In this document: positions 26,201 through 64,000 of the stretch, one piece after another
Numbering within the stretch: position 1 is the stretch's first letter
How the letters are laid out: the number at the start of each line of letters is the position of its first letter
DNA from: Lytechinus pictus
Lineage: Eukaryota
Reading direction: 5' to 3'
NCBI RefSeq assembly: GCF_037042905.1
Contig: NC_087251.1
Span: forward strand, 4,032,001 to 4,096,000
DNA: 64,000 nt
The notes under the pieces: model-generated
The model's database searches: none
The model's input: only the letters and a program-made list of their open reading frames with translations
What the model was told of the DNA's origin: nothing
Made by a program: the position numbers and the translations under genes

Positions 26201-28407
26201 ATTTAAAACATAGGCAGGAGGAAAGAGAAAGAAGAGATAGACAGAGGGATGGGGAGGGGAAAAAAGAGTAAGTGATAAAAATCAGGAAGGTTGTAGAGAA
26301 GAATGTGGTAGGTAAAGCCAATGGCAAGATGAGGACGATCAGGATATACAACGGAAGAAAACTGAGTAAAGAGAGAAGGAATAATAAAAAAAAAAGAGAG
26401 AGCTACCATTAACTTACTATATGACGACATAAGATATCCAGTATTGACCTTTTGAGTAGCATCCATATTGGGTTCAATCTCCTCTCCATTGCTGTTGAAT
26501 TGTCTTCTATGTGCAATGCTTACCCTCACATGTAATACAAAGTATCGACTCTGAAAATAAAAACAAATTCATCCTAGTTCAATGAAAAACTCCCTTATTA
26601 ATTCATATTTCTCATCATCAGTTCCTTCAACACTGGATTTGAGTTGGATTTTTCTGTGCTATTTGCAAAAGAAATTAAACAATACGCTAATTGTTTTGGT
26701 ACCATAGTATCAGGCATTTTTTTTTTTTTTTATATTAGTTCAATTATCACTACCTTATGTTATTAAGACACTGAGTTATTACTAAAAAAAGTTTATCAAC
26801 CTACAGTTAGGAGTATGACACTAATTTAAACTTACATCTCAAACTCAGTACTTACTTTGTTATGTTTAGAGTCTGTGATAACATGCCTAGACCTTGCTTT
26901 GATTGTTCCTTTCAATACAGCTCCAGATCCACTGCAAGTTAAACAAAGCAAATATTAATTATTTTCTTTATCAACTATAGCTTTTATTTTTACTTTTAAG
27001 TTTGTGTGGATCTTGATAATATTAATCTTCAAAGTTTTGATTCTTTATAAACAAGTGGAGCACCCCTGGCAGTCTCGCCTGCATTACGCTATTCTATATA
27101 GCAGCAGTGCCGACTATGAAAACAAAAAATAAGTATTCACCAAAAAAATTCATATACTGATATAATACTATTTTCATTGATTGTAAATGACATTTGACCT
27201 TGATCATGTGACCCAACACTTGTAAGTGATACTTGATTACCCCTATGTCCATATTTCATAAACTATATCCATAAACTTTCAGTTATTATGGCAATTCAAC
27301 AATTACCCCAAACATGGCCGAAGTCAATTGACCTTAAATAACCTTTGACATCGGTCATGTGACCTGAAACTCGCACAGGATGTTCAGTGATACTTGATTA
27401 CTCTTATGTCCAAGTTTTATGAGCTAGATCCATAAACTATATTGGTAATTCAACAAATACCCCGACTTGGCCAAAGATTTAATTTGATGTTGACGCCGAA
27501 GTCGCAAAAGCGGCGCCTATAGTCTCACTCTGCTATGAAGGCGTGACCAAAATGGAGTCCGAGTCTATCAGAAAACACAAGCTGTGGCTAAAGATGCAGT
27601 TTTTATGGCAAAGGCGCACTCTGTGTGTGGAACGATTCCTATTCAATTTTTTTCAACAGAGGCTGCAGTAAATCTCTAAATGCAGAGAAAACCAACAACT
27701 TTGGAATTTTTGAGTTATAATTCGCTTTAATTTCATTTTATCCTATAATAATTTGAATATATTTTAGAAATTGAGGCACAGGAAATACTATTTTTTGCAT
27801 GATAAATCGAGTGCGTAGCTTTTTAGGACCCCTTACATCGGGCGGCGAAATCAAGAGGTGTTCGGAAAACACGGCGGGATTTTCGAATGAGTGAGTTTTT
27901 CTGTATTTTCTTCTTGGTTAACGATCTTTAGAATGTTTGCCACAAATTATTGAAAGATAATTTGTTGAAATATTAAAATTGGGATACTTTTTATTGTTTG
28001 AAAACAAAGTGCGTAGCTTTAGGTCCCCCCATCATACAAAATTACAAGTGTGAGTGCTGTCTGCCTAGTATTACACGGACGAGTCCTGGGCTCCGGCCCA
28101 CAAAGCTGGGTTAGCTGAGTGAGTGAAGTCAACACATACCTGTACTAATGTCTTTTAATCACAGGAATAATTGACCAACATTATTCGATTTATATGGGAC
28201 TAAATCTGAGAGAGCTAGTCTAAACTCTAATTTGATGTCGATCAGTCGATCGTCTGAACCTTGTTGTACGGTAAATTAAATGTTTATTGCTGTTGTGGAA
28301 CATTACCATGATTACCTTTGAAACTGTTGTGGTTCCCAGATTCCAGACCAAGTCTGATTCTGTACTGGAACTGACTGAAGTGGTTTGTCATCATAAATGC
28401 GAGACAT
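20229..28407 (-). CDS. ARPIN: Arpin (Arp2/3 complex inhibitor), 6 coding exons, 227 aa
   Basis: Exons (5'->3') 28407-28316, 26931-26856, 26550-26418, 25889-25683, 24417-24251, 20237-20229 (684 nt), in frame. Translation MSRIYDDKPLQSVPVQ...HRRQFNSNGEEIEPNMDATQKVNTGYLMSSYKVEAKGQTDRL...AFWM...RTKGDGPF...SWTDKIM...GAGDDEWDD* ends in the acidic tail with a subterminal Trp typical of Arpin. Confidence 0.95.
20482..20800 (+). mobile_element. Decayed L2/CR1-group LINE ORF2 C-terminal fragment
   Basis: LLYNLPNTQLSKLQKPQNAAARMVT...HTAPILKSLHWLKINDHIVFKILLL resembles the post-RT QNAAAR...L.LHWL motif of L2-type LINEs. Confidence 0.75.
20947..22586 (-). mobile_element. Helentron-associated (HINE/DINE-like) element with an internal ~120-bp tandem array
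   Basis: Subterminal inverted repeats gtctcacctgcat / atgcaggtgagac; extra short IR gtctcactctgc; (gcc/gtc)n microsatellite; about 11 tandem units; inserted in an A/T run with no TSD. Confidence 0.8.
22628..22755. repeat. Small inverted-repeat element (MITE remnant)
   Basis: acaaatagcgaata ... tattcgctatttgt. Confidence 0.45.
23206..24064 (+). mobile_element. Degenerate, internally deleted Tc1-family transposon with a pseudogenised DDE transposase fragment (about 23500-23953)
   Basis: Imperfect ~65-bp TIRs. Translation across stops and frameshifts: GHLNANRYVDEIL...LMDDNARPHRAR...WPVNSPDLNPLEHL*DQLKR...KRGGYTHY*. Confidence 0.88.
27050..27552 (-). mobile_element. HINE-like element, short copy
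   Basis: Same termini (acaagtggagc..ctggcagtctcgcctgcat ... gcggcgcctatagtctcactctgctatg) and about 2 tandem units. Confidence 0.78.
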
Positions 28408-28670
28408 CTTTCCACAGGTCCGATCCGCTTTTCGCCTCGAAGTAGATTTCCTCGCAAATTCCTCCTATCAATCCGGCGGCACTCGGCGCGGCAGCTAAGC
28501 ATGCAGCGCAGCACTTGCTAGCGGAGGGCTACCGGCGCGCTAGGCTAGGCTACGCTGCGCTGGGAAACTCGCTAGGTAGAGCGGTCGCGGGGCCTGGGGA
28601 TATCTCTGACATCGACAACAAGTGTCTGTAAAGGTGGGCGTGGTCGATTGCATCGACGAGACTTTTGTAT
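28408..28670. promoter_or_regulatory. GC/CpG-rich ARPIN 5' UTR and promoter, possibly bidirectional
   Basis: Sharp GC/CpG enrichment directly upstream of the ARPIN ATG; Sp/KLF-type gggcgtgg at about 28636-28643. Confidence 0.5.
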
Positions 28671-29366
28671 AACGCTGTGTGGAATTACATCTAATTTTTT
28701 AATGAAATAAAATTATAAATCATACAAAAATCACAACATTAACAAAGGATTTACATGATGAAAATACAAATAATAGTGATGACAATAATAACAGTTATCG
28801 ATAAGTAGTGCCAAAATAAGTAGTGCATCTTAATTTGTCTGAAGGAGAGCAGCAATAGACATTCTACTTTGATCAAAGAAGAGGCTTAGTGCTACAACAT
28901 CGTTGGATTAAACTAAACTAAACTATACAAATGTCTATATGATACTTTTTTTTCGAATAGATCTATGTCAAAATCTTTCCAAAAAATAAATATCTGTATT
29001 GATAAGTAACGTGAACTCTCAAATGCACATTTCCAATCTTCAGATTGCAAATATCCTCACTCGCCTCATATATAAACCCCTCGCATAGATATTTCATTGC
29101 AACATCACTCTTCTCCTCGACAACGTTAAACAAATTTAGTATTAGAATATATTCCCCAAGGCATTATGTTGTAGTTAATGAACTCTGTCAAACAGAAAAC
29201 ATTGATTACACAAAGAAAATCTCCTTTACAGTGATAACAAGATAAAGGAATGACTCATATATGATGACATAACAACACCATTTTGGAGAAGGGTAATTTG
29301 CTTTGCATGTTAATGATGTTGAATAACGTGTCAGAAGTGCACTACAATGTATGAGTTGCAGGGGCC

Positions 29367-29615
29367 ATGGGCGGAAATCTGTCCCCAAAGGTAGGGGGGA
29401 CCACTCACACCAGGGGCTGGAAACTTTGATAAGTTAAAAAAAAAAAGTTTTCACCCAAAATGTGATTGTGAGGTCATTTAGTCCAAAATACATATTATTT
29501 CGATTGTGAATTATGCATTTTTCTCCACCATAAAAGATTGTAGGGGGACATTTGATATTGTGTCCCCCCCTACTATTTTTGGTAGGGCCGCATCCCCCCT
29601 GGGATTTCCGCCCAT
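29367..29615. mobile_element. Short TIR element (MITE)
   Basis: Perfect 14-bp TIR catgggcggaaatc / gatttccgcccatg; no clear TSD. Confidence 0.6.
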
Positions 29616-31793
29616 GATAATGGCTATCTGTTACCAAGTCATCACATTTCAGTTGATGATGGACAAAAATAATACATGTAATTGCTTTTGACGCTTATCC
29701 AATTTTATCATGCATGTCTCTTTTTTCCTTAGGTGTCTACTCTTTGTATGTTGTGTGCCAGTTGCTACAAACAAAGTGATTTACTGAAGATTGAACCACA
29801 GATATTACACACTTTGGAATACAGTCTCCTTTTCCCCACCGCTATTGATTTTCTGCCTCTTTTTTTCACCCTTGCTGATATTGAGGATGAGACGGTAATC
29901 TCATGGCATCTTTTAAACATTGAATTTTTTCTTTTGGCTGCACTGGACTCATTGACTGTTCATTGCTCTTTTTTTTCCATTTCATTGTGGTTTTTTTCTT
30001 TATCATATATATAAAAAAGTTCAGTATTGAGCAGGTACTAATGAGAAAAAGGGAATACTAAATTAATGAACATTAATGTAGAATTAATCAAGCTTGTAAA
30101 ATAGTTGGTTTCATCATTTCTTCCATATAAAGGAAATAAAATATGGATTCCTACTTGCCCATTATAGTTGAACATAATTGAAATTAATTGCTTTGTAAGT
30201 TCTGGTAATTGTTGATATATATAGTTTGTCTTTTCTTCTTTTCTTGTTGATCTAAAGCTGGTCTTCATGTGTAACTACCAGTGGATCTTACCCTACCATT
30301 GCTCCATTCCATGGACTCCCACCCATCGATTTGGGCTGCTGCTGCCATCTTTTTATCCCTCACAATTCGAAGATTCCATCACCTATCTAACAATGAGCAG
30401 AATAATCAATTCAGAGTGAATAATTGTGGAGAGACTGTATGGAGTTTCCACCTGCAGACAGTATATTTTCACATTCTCAATAATAAAGTTTAGGTTAGTG
30501 TAAATATTTCTAAATATACATTTTTTGTGTGAAATTTAGCTTCTACTAAGTTAAATATCATTCAGTGAACTTCACTCATATTACAACATTTTGAGAATCA
30601 TGTGAATTCTCTTATGTATTTTTTTTTCTTTGTTGGCGATGTCATCTTTCTAATGTTCACCAATCATTCTTTTTTTTTCATGAGTTAGTGGCACTTTCAT
30701 CAAAGTAATCACTTATTTGTTTTTGTTTTGTTCACAATTTAAATTCAGTAGAATAGTTTACATAGAGCATTATCCAATTATTCTGTTCATGTTTTGTTTT
30801 CAGTAGATTAGTTTATGTTGCCAATAAATATTCTTGTACAAGAAAATTTCATTGTTTGTATTTTTATTCTTCAGAAAGAATACAATTATAAGCACCTATG
30901 GCCATACTTTGACTGGTATGTCCATTTTAAGCCCATCTGGCATGAAGGGCTAGATGAGCTCTCCCCATGGCGTGGTATCAACATGATTCTTCATTTCATG
31001 TCCGATTTCCATTCTGTTAATTCAACTGTTCAAAACATTGGAGAGGATGAAAAGTAAAGTTTATATATCTTATACACTTAGCCTTTAATCTTTAATCAAA
31101 ATTATAGATTGAAGACCGACCCAAGATATGCATGTACCATTAATTGAGGATTTGAGGGTAGAAATCCCCAAAATGAAACTATTAAAGGCACCAAAACAGG
31201 AAAAAGAGGGAAAAGGGATGAGAAAAGAAAGAGCATCAAAAGAGCTATTGGTTGTGTGAGATTAGTAAATGATCACCTCACCTATCAAACTTCCCTCGTG
31301 CCATCACTGACCAAAGCCACTATTTCTAACCCCCCCCCCTCCAAATGATTTGATGAATGGTGCAATATACATGTATCTATCATTTTGAATAAATTAAAAA
31401 ATGATAAAGGAATGCCTGAATGTTATGTCCCAAAACAAAAATGAAACTGATATAATCATGTATCTTTTATCATAACTCGGATCTACAGCTTTTTATTATT
31501 CAAACTTCATGCATGAGGGAATAAGAAATAAGCGCTGAATTTAGAGAGGTCACCAAAAGATAATTTGATGGGCGATATCTAAATTTCAATTTCCTGAACA
31601 GTTCAATTTATGCCATTTAATTTGACACATCAATAAAGAGAATGAATGGGCAATAGCAAAGTTTATTTTATTTGAAAACTAGAAATTTGACGCGTCAAAA
31701 GGACACAGATGCCCCCGCTTAACGCGATCATAAATTCATTCAATATGATTGAAATTAATATCGTGCAGAAACCAATATGCATAATTATAATGA

Positions 31794-33106
31794 AACAAGC
31801 CTCTGGCAGTCTCGCCTGCATTACGCAATTTAATATAGCAGCAGTGCTAACTTTGAAAACTACTATAAAATAATTATTCACAAAAAGATCATTCATATAA
31901 TGACATAATACCACGTTCATTGACCATAAATGACATTTGAACGGAGACTTAAGACTGTCAACTACACCCATGTCCACATTTCATTCACTCTATGCATAAA
32001 CTTTCAAAGTTATGATGGCACTTCAACAATTACCCCAACATGGCCTAAGTTTATTGACCTTAACTGACCTTTGACTTGGTTTTGTGACCTGAAACTCACA
32101 GGGGATGTTCAGTGATGCTTGATTACTCTTATATCCCAAGTTTTATGAACTAGATCCATAAACTTCAGAGTTAGGATGGTAATTCAACAAATACCCCCAA
32201 CACGGCCAAAGTTCATTGACCTTTAATGACCTTTGACCATGGTCATGTGACCTGAAACTCGTACAGGATGTTCAGTGATACTTGATTACTCTTATGTCCA
32301 AGTTTTATGAACTAGATCCATAAACTTTCAGAGTTAGGATGGTAATTTAACATATACCCCCAACACGGCCAAAGTTCATTGACCTTAAATGACCATTGAC
32401 CATGGTCATGTGACCTGAAACTCGCACAGGATATTCAGTGGTACTTGATTAACCTAATTTCCAAGTTTCATGAACTAAATCCATAAATTTTCAAAGTTAT
32501 GATGGTAATTCAACAAATACCCCCAACTTGGCCAAAGTTCATTGACCCTAAATGACCTTTGACCTTGGTCATGTGACCTGAAACTCAGGCAGGATGTTCA
32601 CTAATACTTGATTAACCTTATGTCCAAGTTTCATGGACTAGATCCATAAATTTTCAAAGTTATGATAGTAATTCAACAAATACCCCCAACTTGACCAAAG
32701 TTCATTGACCCTAAATGACATTTGACCTTGGTCACGTGACCTGAAACTCGAGCAGGATGTTCACTTATACTTGATTAACCTTATGCCCAAGTTTCATAAA
32801 CTAGGTCCATATACTTTCTAAGTTATGATGTCATTTCAAAAACTTAACCTTCGGTTAAGATTTTGAAAATAATTTCCCCAACATGGTCTAAGTTCATTGA
32901 CCCTAAATGACCTTTGACCTTGGTCATGCGACCTGAAACTCAGGCAGGATGTTCAGTAATACTTGATTAACCTTATGTCTAAGTTTCATGAACTAGGTCC
33001 ATATACTTTCTAAGTTATGATGTCATTTCAAAAACTTAACCTTAGGTTAAGATTTGATGTTTACGCCGCCGTCGCCGTCGGAAAAGCGGCGCCTATAGAG
33101 ACAAAA
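31794..33106 (-). mobile_element. HINE-like element with ~120-bp tandem array
   Basis: Same family as 20947-22586; about 8 units; terminal hairpin partly deleted (ctatag|agacaaaa). Confidence 0.8.
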
Positions 33107-33437
33107 ATTATACCTTTTCGCATATATAATGAGCTGTGGACTCCGAATTGGAACTTAGCCTGTATTTTGGTGTCATCTACCTACACACCAATTTTTAAAA
33201 TCCATTAAATATTTTTCGAGTTATTGCGCGGAAACCAACTCGCATATTTAATGAGCTGTGACCTTTGACCTGCGGACTCCAAATTTGAACTTAGCCGGTA
33301 TTTTGGTGTCATCTACCTACACACCAATTTTTAAAATCCATTTAATATTTTTCGAGTTATTGCACAGAAACCAAGTGGGGGGACGGACGGAAGGACAGGA
33401 GCAACGCTTAAATGCCTTCCTCTGCAGGGGTATAAAA
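33107..33437 (-). mobile_element. Fragment of a different HINE-like family abutting the previous element
   Basis: Two ~125-bp tandem units (gagctgtg...tttttcgagttattgc..gaaaccaa), (ggac)n microsatellite, terminal atgccttcctctgcaggggtataaaaa. Confidence 0.6.
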
Positions 33438-33964
33438 ATGCTTGTATTCCATAATTTTACAAATCCAAGAAGCATTAATTACAGGATAGTCTGTAACAAC
33501 AGCAAACCGAGATAAAATTTTCATTGTGACATGTCCTTTTGGGGGTAATTACCAAAACTTAAAATAAGCTTCACCACTGTTTTTGTTTATGATAAATCAT
33601 GTCTTCTATCAGTGGCAACTATATGAAATACATTTGTTTCATGAAATTTATGAATGCAAATTGTATTTCAAATAATCATAATTTTGCAATATTTTTTCTT
33701 GAGGTGTCATCCTAAAAGGAAAAAAATGATTAATGTTATTTTCTTTTAAATTCAGATACTGCTGGCCAACTTTTGGTAGCCTCTTTCAAATTGTTTCCTT
33801 ACTCATTTGAAGTGTTTCATATCATATTGAAGTTGCCTAAAGTGGAAGAGGATATAAGCTTTCCAAGTATGAAATAAGTTTTATTGTAATTAAGTTATGA
33901 TAAGCAAACAAGTATAAATTGATTTTCTCATTTTTTACCGGAGGGGGGGGGGGGGGACACTATA

Positions 33965-34951
33965 CAGTGCGTATCAAAAAAAAGTTTACACTTTGAAAAA
34001 GCCCTGGGAATTAAAAAATATACAACATGTGGGTAATTTTTTCACATATAATCTTGGGTTTGGGTCTCATCTATCAAATGAAAGTAAAAGTTTTGACAGA
34101 ATGTTACACTTGAGTGAGCACCGTCCATTTTTGTAAAGCTCGCAGAAATCTGTTTGTGCAGAAATGCTCGTTTTCACGCTGTGTCAAGGGGAACGGGCGA
34201 AATCAAACTTACCCTGCGAAACATTTTTCATACATTTCCCTTGCACTTTTAGTCAATTTAGATAAAATGGATACATTAAAGCATTTTGTAACAATTTTGC
34301 CACCCAAATTGAGATTTCAACACTTGGTAAGCACAACCTTTACCCTTTTTGTGCCAGCTGGATCTGAGGACATAAACTGCATCTGAACAAAAGTATACAT
34401 CAGACATTTCCAGCATTTTTTCACTAAGTTTTTATCATTTAAAGTGGGTTTACATTCCATTTTTCATATAATACTTGTTTCTCCACACTTTTCCCAAGCT
34501 TGACAATGATTAACAAAATGAAAATCAAGCCTAAGCCATTTCATGTAAATCACAGCTCAGTCAAAGCAAATATCGTCTTGATGGCCTCGGATTGTGGGGG
34601 AGTGGGGTGGGGCGCAATGCACTCTTTGAAGTGTTTTGGGCAAGGAAACAAGTTAAAAAAGGTAAAAGATATCTTCAAATAAATTTTACTAGCTAAATTC
34701 CATGTGTTCTTCATGATTAAGGTCTACTTTTATTCGCATAACTATACCAAAGTTCTGCGCAAATCATTTTTCACTTACTTTTCAAAAGTAAGTGGTGCTC
34801 ACTCAAGCGGAAATATTTTTCGATAGTTATATCTTCATATGCTTAAATGGATCTGTACCAATGTTAAAATGTGGAAAAATCTTCAGGATATTACAAATGT
34901 ATAATTTTACAGGATTTTTTCAAAGTGTAAACTTTTTTTTGATATGCACTG
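33965..34951. mobile_element. Non-autonomous Tc1/mariner element
   Basis: TA TSD; TIR cagtgcgtatcaaaaaaaagtttacactttgaaaa / ttttcaaagtgtaaacttttttttgatatgcactg. Confidence 0.88.
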
Positions 34952-35670
34952 TATATATTCATAGAACGCTATTGAACTGCATACCAATAATTGAATTAGT
35001 GAAATTATCTTAATCTCTGGATTGAGCATAAAAGTAAAATTGTCGATATCTTAGTGAAAAAGTAATTCTTGCATTATTGCATCCCATAAGTATGTGCATT
35101 GTAGATGACAATGTACAGGTGTAAGTCTATTTATGGGCTATTCATTATATATCAAGTTTGACAAAAATTTTAGGAATTTATTAAAATCCATATCAGTTCA
35201 ACCAAAACATTTCAAAATGACTGACAACAGGAATGGAACCATTATTGAAATTTAGAATTTATTAAAAACTGGTACACATATGGTCAAATATTTTCATAAA
35301 TAGCTTTTGTCTTATTTACAAATACTGTCTTTTGAGTTGATTTGACTAAAAGACAAAAATGCTGACATCCTGATAACCCTGCACTTTTGAGGTTGAGATT
35401 GAATAATACAGGCATTTACAACAAAATGTACAAACGTATGTTGACAACTTTTTGAAGTGTGTGACATACACTGGCTTTTGGAACCCTTATCAAAACCATC
35501 AGACATAGTGCCTTCAGAGAATTCAACAAACTATTTGGTTCTAAAGCTTAGGTTTTAAATACAATTAAACCTGTTTCTGACCTCTACGTATGTTCATTCT
35601 TCTAAAACCTGCTGTAATAGCTTATACTGCTGTGGTTTACAGAGTGACTAACTTTTAAAGAAAGGGGGGG

Positions 35671-35840
35671 GGGGGCATTTCATGAAAGTTGTTAGCACAG
35701 ACTACATTGTCAATGCTGACTATTAACAGTGAAATCCTTACTATTGATTGGCTGAGAAGCACCGGGCCTTTAGCTGTTACTACGGTAACTGTCGGACAAA
35801 GACATCTTGTTAGTGCTGACAACTATCATGAAACGGTCTC
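35671..35840. mobile_element. Harbinger-like MITE related to the host element split at 2673-2733/4278-4320
   Basis: Termini ggggcatttcatgaaagttgt / acaactatcatgaaacgg; the reverse complement contains ccgacagttacc.tagtaacag...ctcagccaatca, as at 2727-4310. Confidence 0.55.
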
Positions 35841-36570
35841 AAGGTCTCCTTACTACATGTATATTTGATATTAGTTTTCAAGGAACATGGATACTCTTCA
35901 CTACTACCAGCATTGTATGAATCTGGTCAATTTGAAATTATCCTTCAACAATACACAACTTTGACATCTTAAAATGCACTTTCTTGAAGCAGGCCTATGT
36001 AGTCATCCTCCAGAAGACCAATTTTATGAATCCTTAAGCTCAAAGTACATTATTCCATCGGTTAACAGTTATACAGAAATGTTTAAGACTCACAGGTACT
36101 CTGTGAGTTTCTGGAGTTGGAAAACTTGATGATATATTCTTAGAAAGAGAAGAGCCAATCAAATATAGACAATGAGATCTACTCACAAGACATCAGGTTC
36201 ACCTTTGGAAAAGGACAATCATACCCCTCAGAGCTTTTATGCAGAAGAACAGTAACCCCTCTCCCTACAATAGTCACTCAAAGGATTATCATGCCAAGCC
36301 AGCTCTACTTACAGCAGGGTGGTGCAGTCTTGTTTGAACATTCTCAGGAAGAGTACATCCAATAAATGAGTTCTTACTCACAAGACTCGTAGTTATATAT
36401 CTTTGGAAATGAACAGTGTCTCTTGGAGTTTTCATTCTACAGACCAAAATTTGTCCTTTTTCAATGCTCTAGTCATTTAGAAAGCATTTTCTAAAGATAC
36501 CACAGCTACAATGTTAATGCATGCTGATCTTTTCTGAATTACTTTGTTTGTTAATTTTTTGGGCGGATAC

Positions 36571-64000
<27,430 letters not shown>

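Noticed and set aside
28755..28842. C/D box snoRNA (RTGATGA...CTGA)
   Set aside because: No terminal stem or recognisable rRNA guide; such motifs are expected by chance in AT-rich DNA.
36178..36420. Imperfect direct repeat (tactcacaagac...ctttggaaa) downstream of the MCM8 stop
   Set aside because: Short and degenerate, with no supportable function.

Overview
AT-rich eukaryotic genomic DNA from an intron-rich marine invertebrate; the repeat content suggests a sea urchin or other echinoderm (inference). I reconstructed three conserved protein-coding genes exon by exon, all with GT-AG introns in consistent phase: ATP6V1D (+, 6 exons, 247 aa), ARPIN (-, 6 exons, 227 aa) and MCM8 (-, 22 exons, about 829 aa visible, start codon beyond the window). 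Most other ORFs in the track are spurious. Introns and intergenic DNA hold many non-autonomous transposons, often nested and datable relative to each other by their TSDs: Helentron/HINE-like elements with internal tandem arrays, Kolobok-like, Academ-like, Harbinger-like, hAT-like, CACTA-like and Tc1 elements, plus SINEs and an L2-type fragment. The most notable signals are: co-oriented HINE-like arrays packed with perfect nuclear-receptor half-site repeats (DR1/DR4/IR1); a duplicated MCM8 exon half with mostly synonymous changes; a foldback element with a 9-bp TSD split by a second transposon; and a possible unannotated spliced transcript between ARPIN and MCM8. I found no clearly new protein-coding system.
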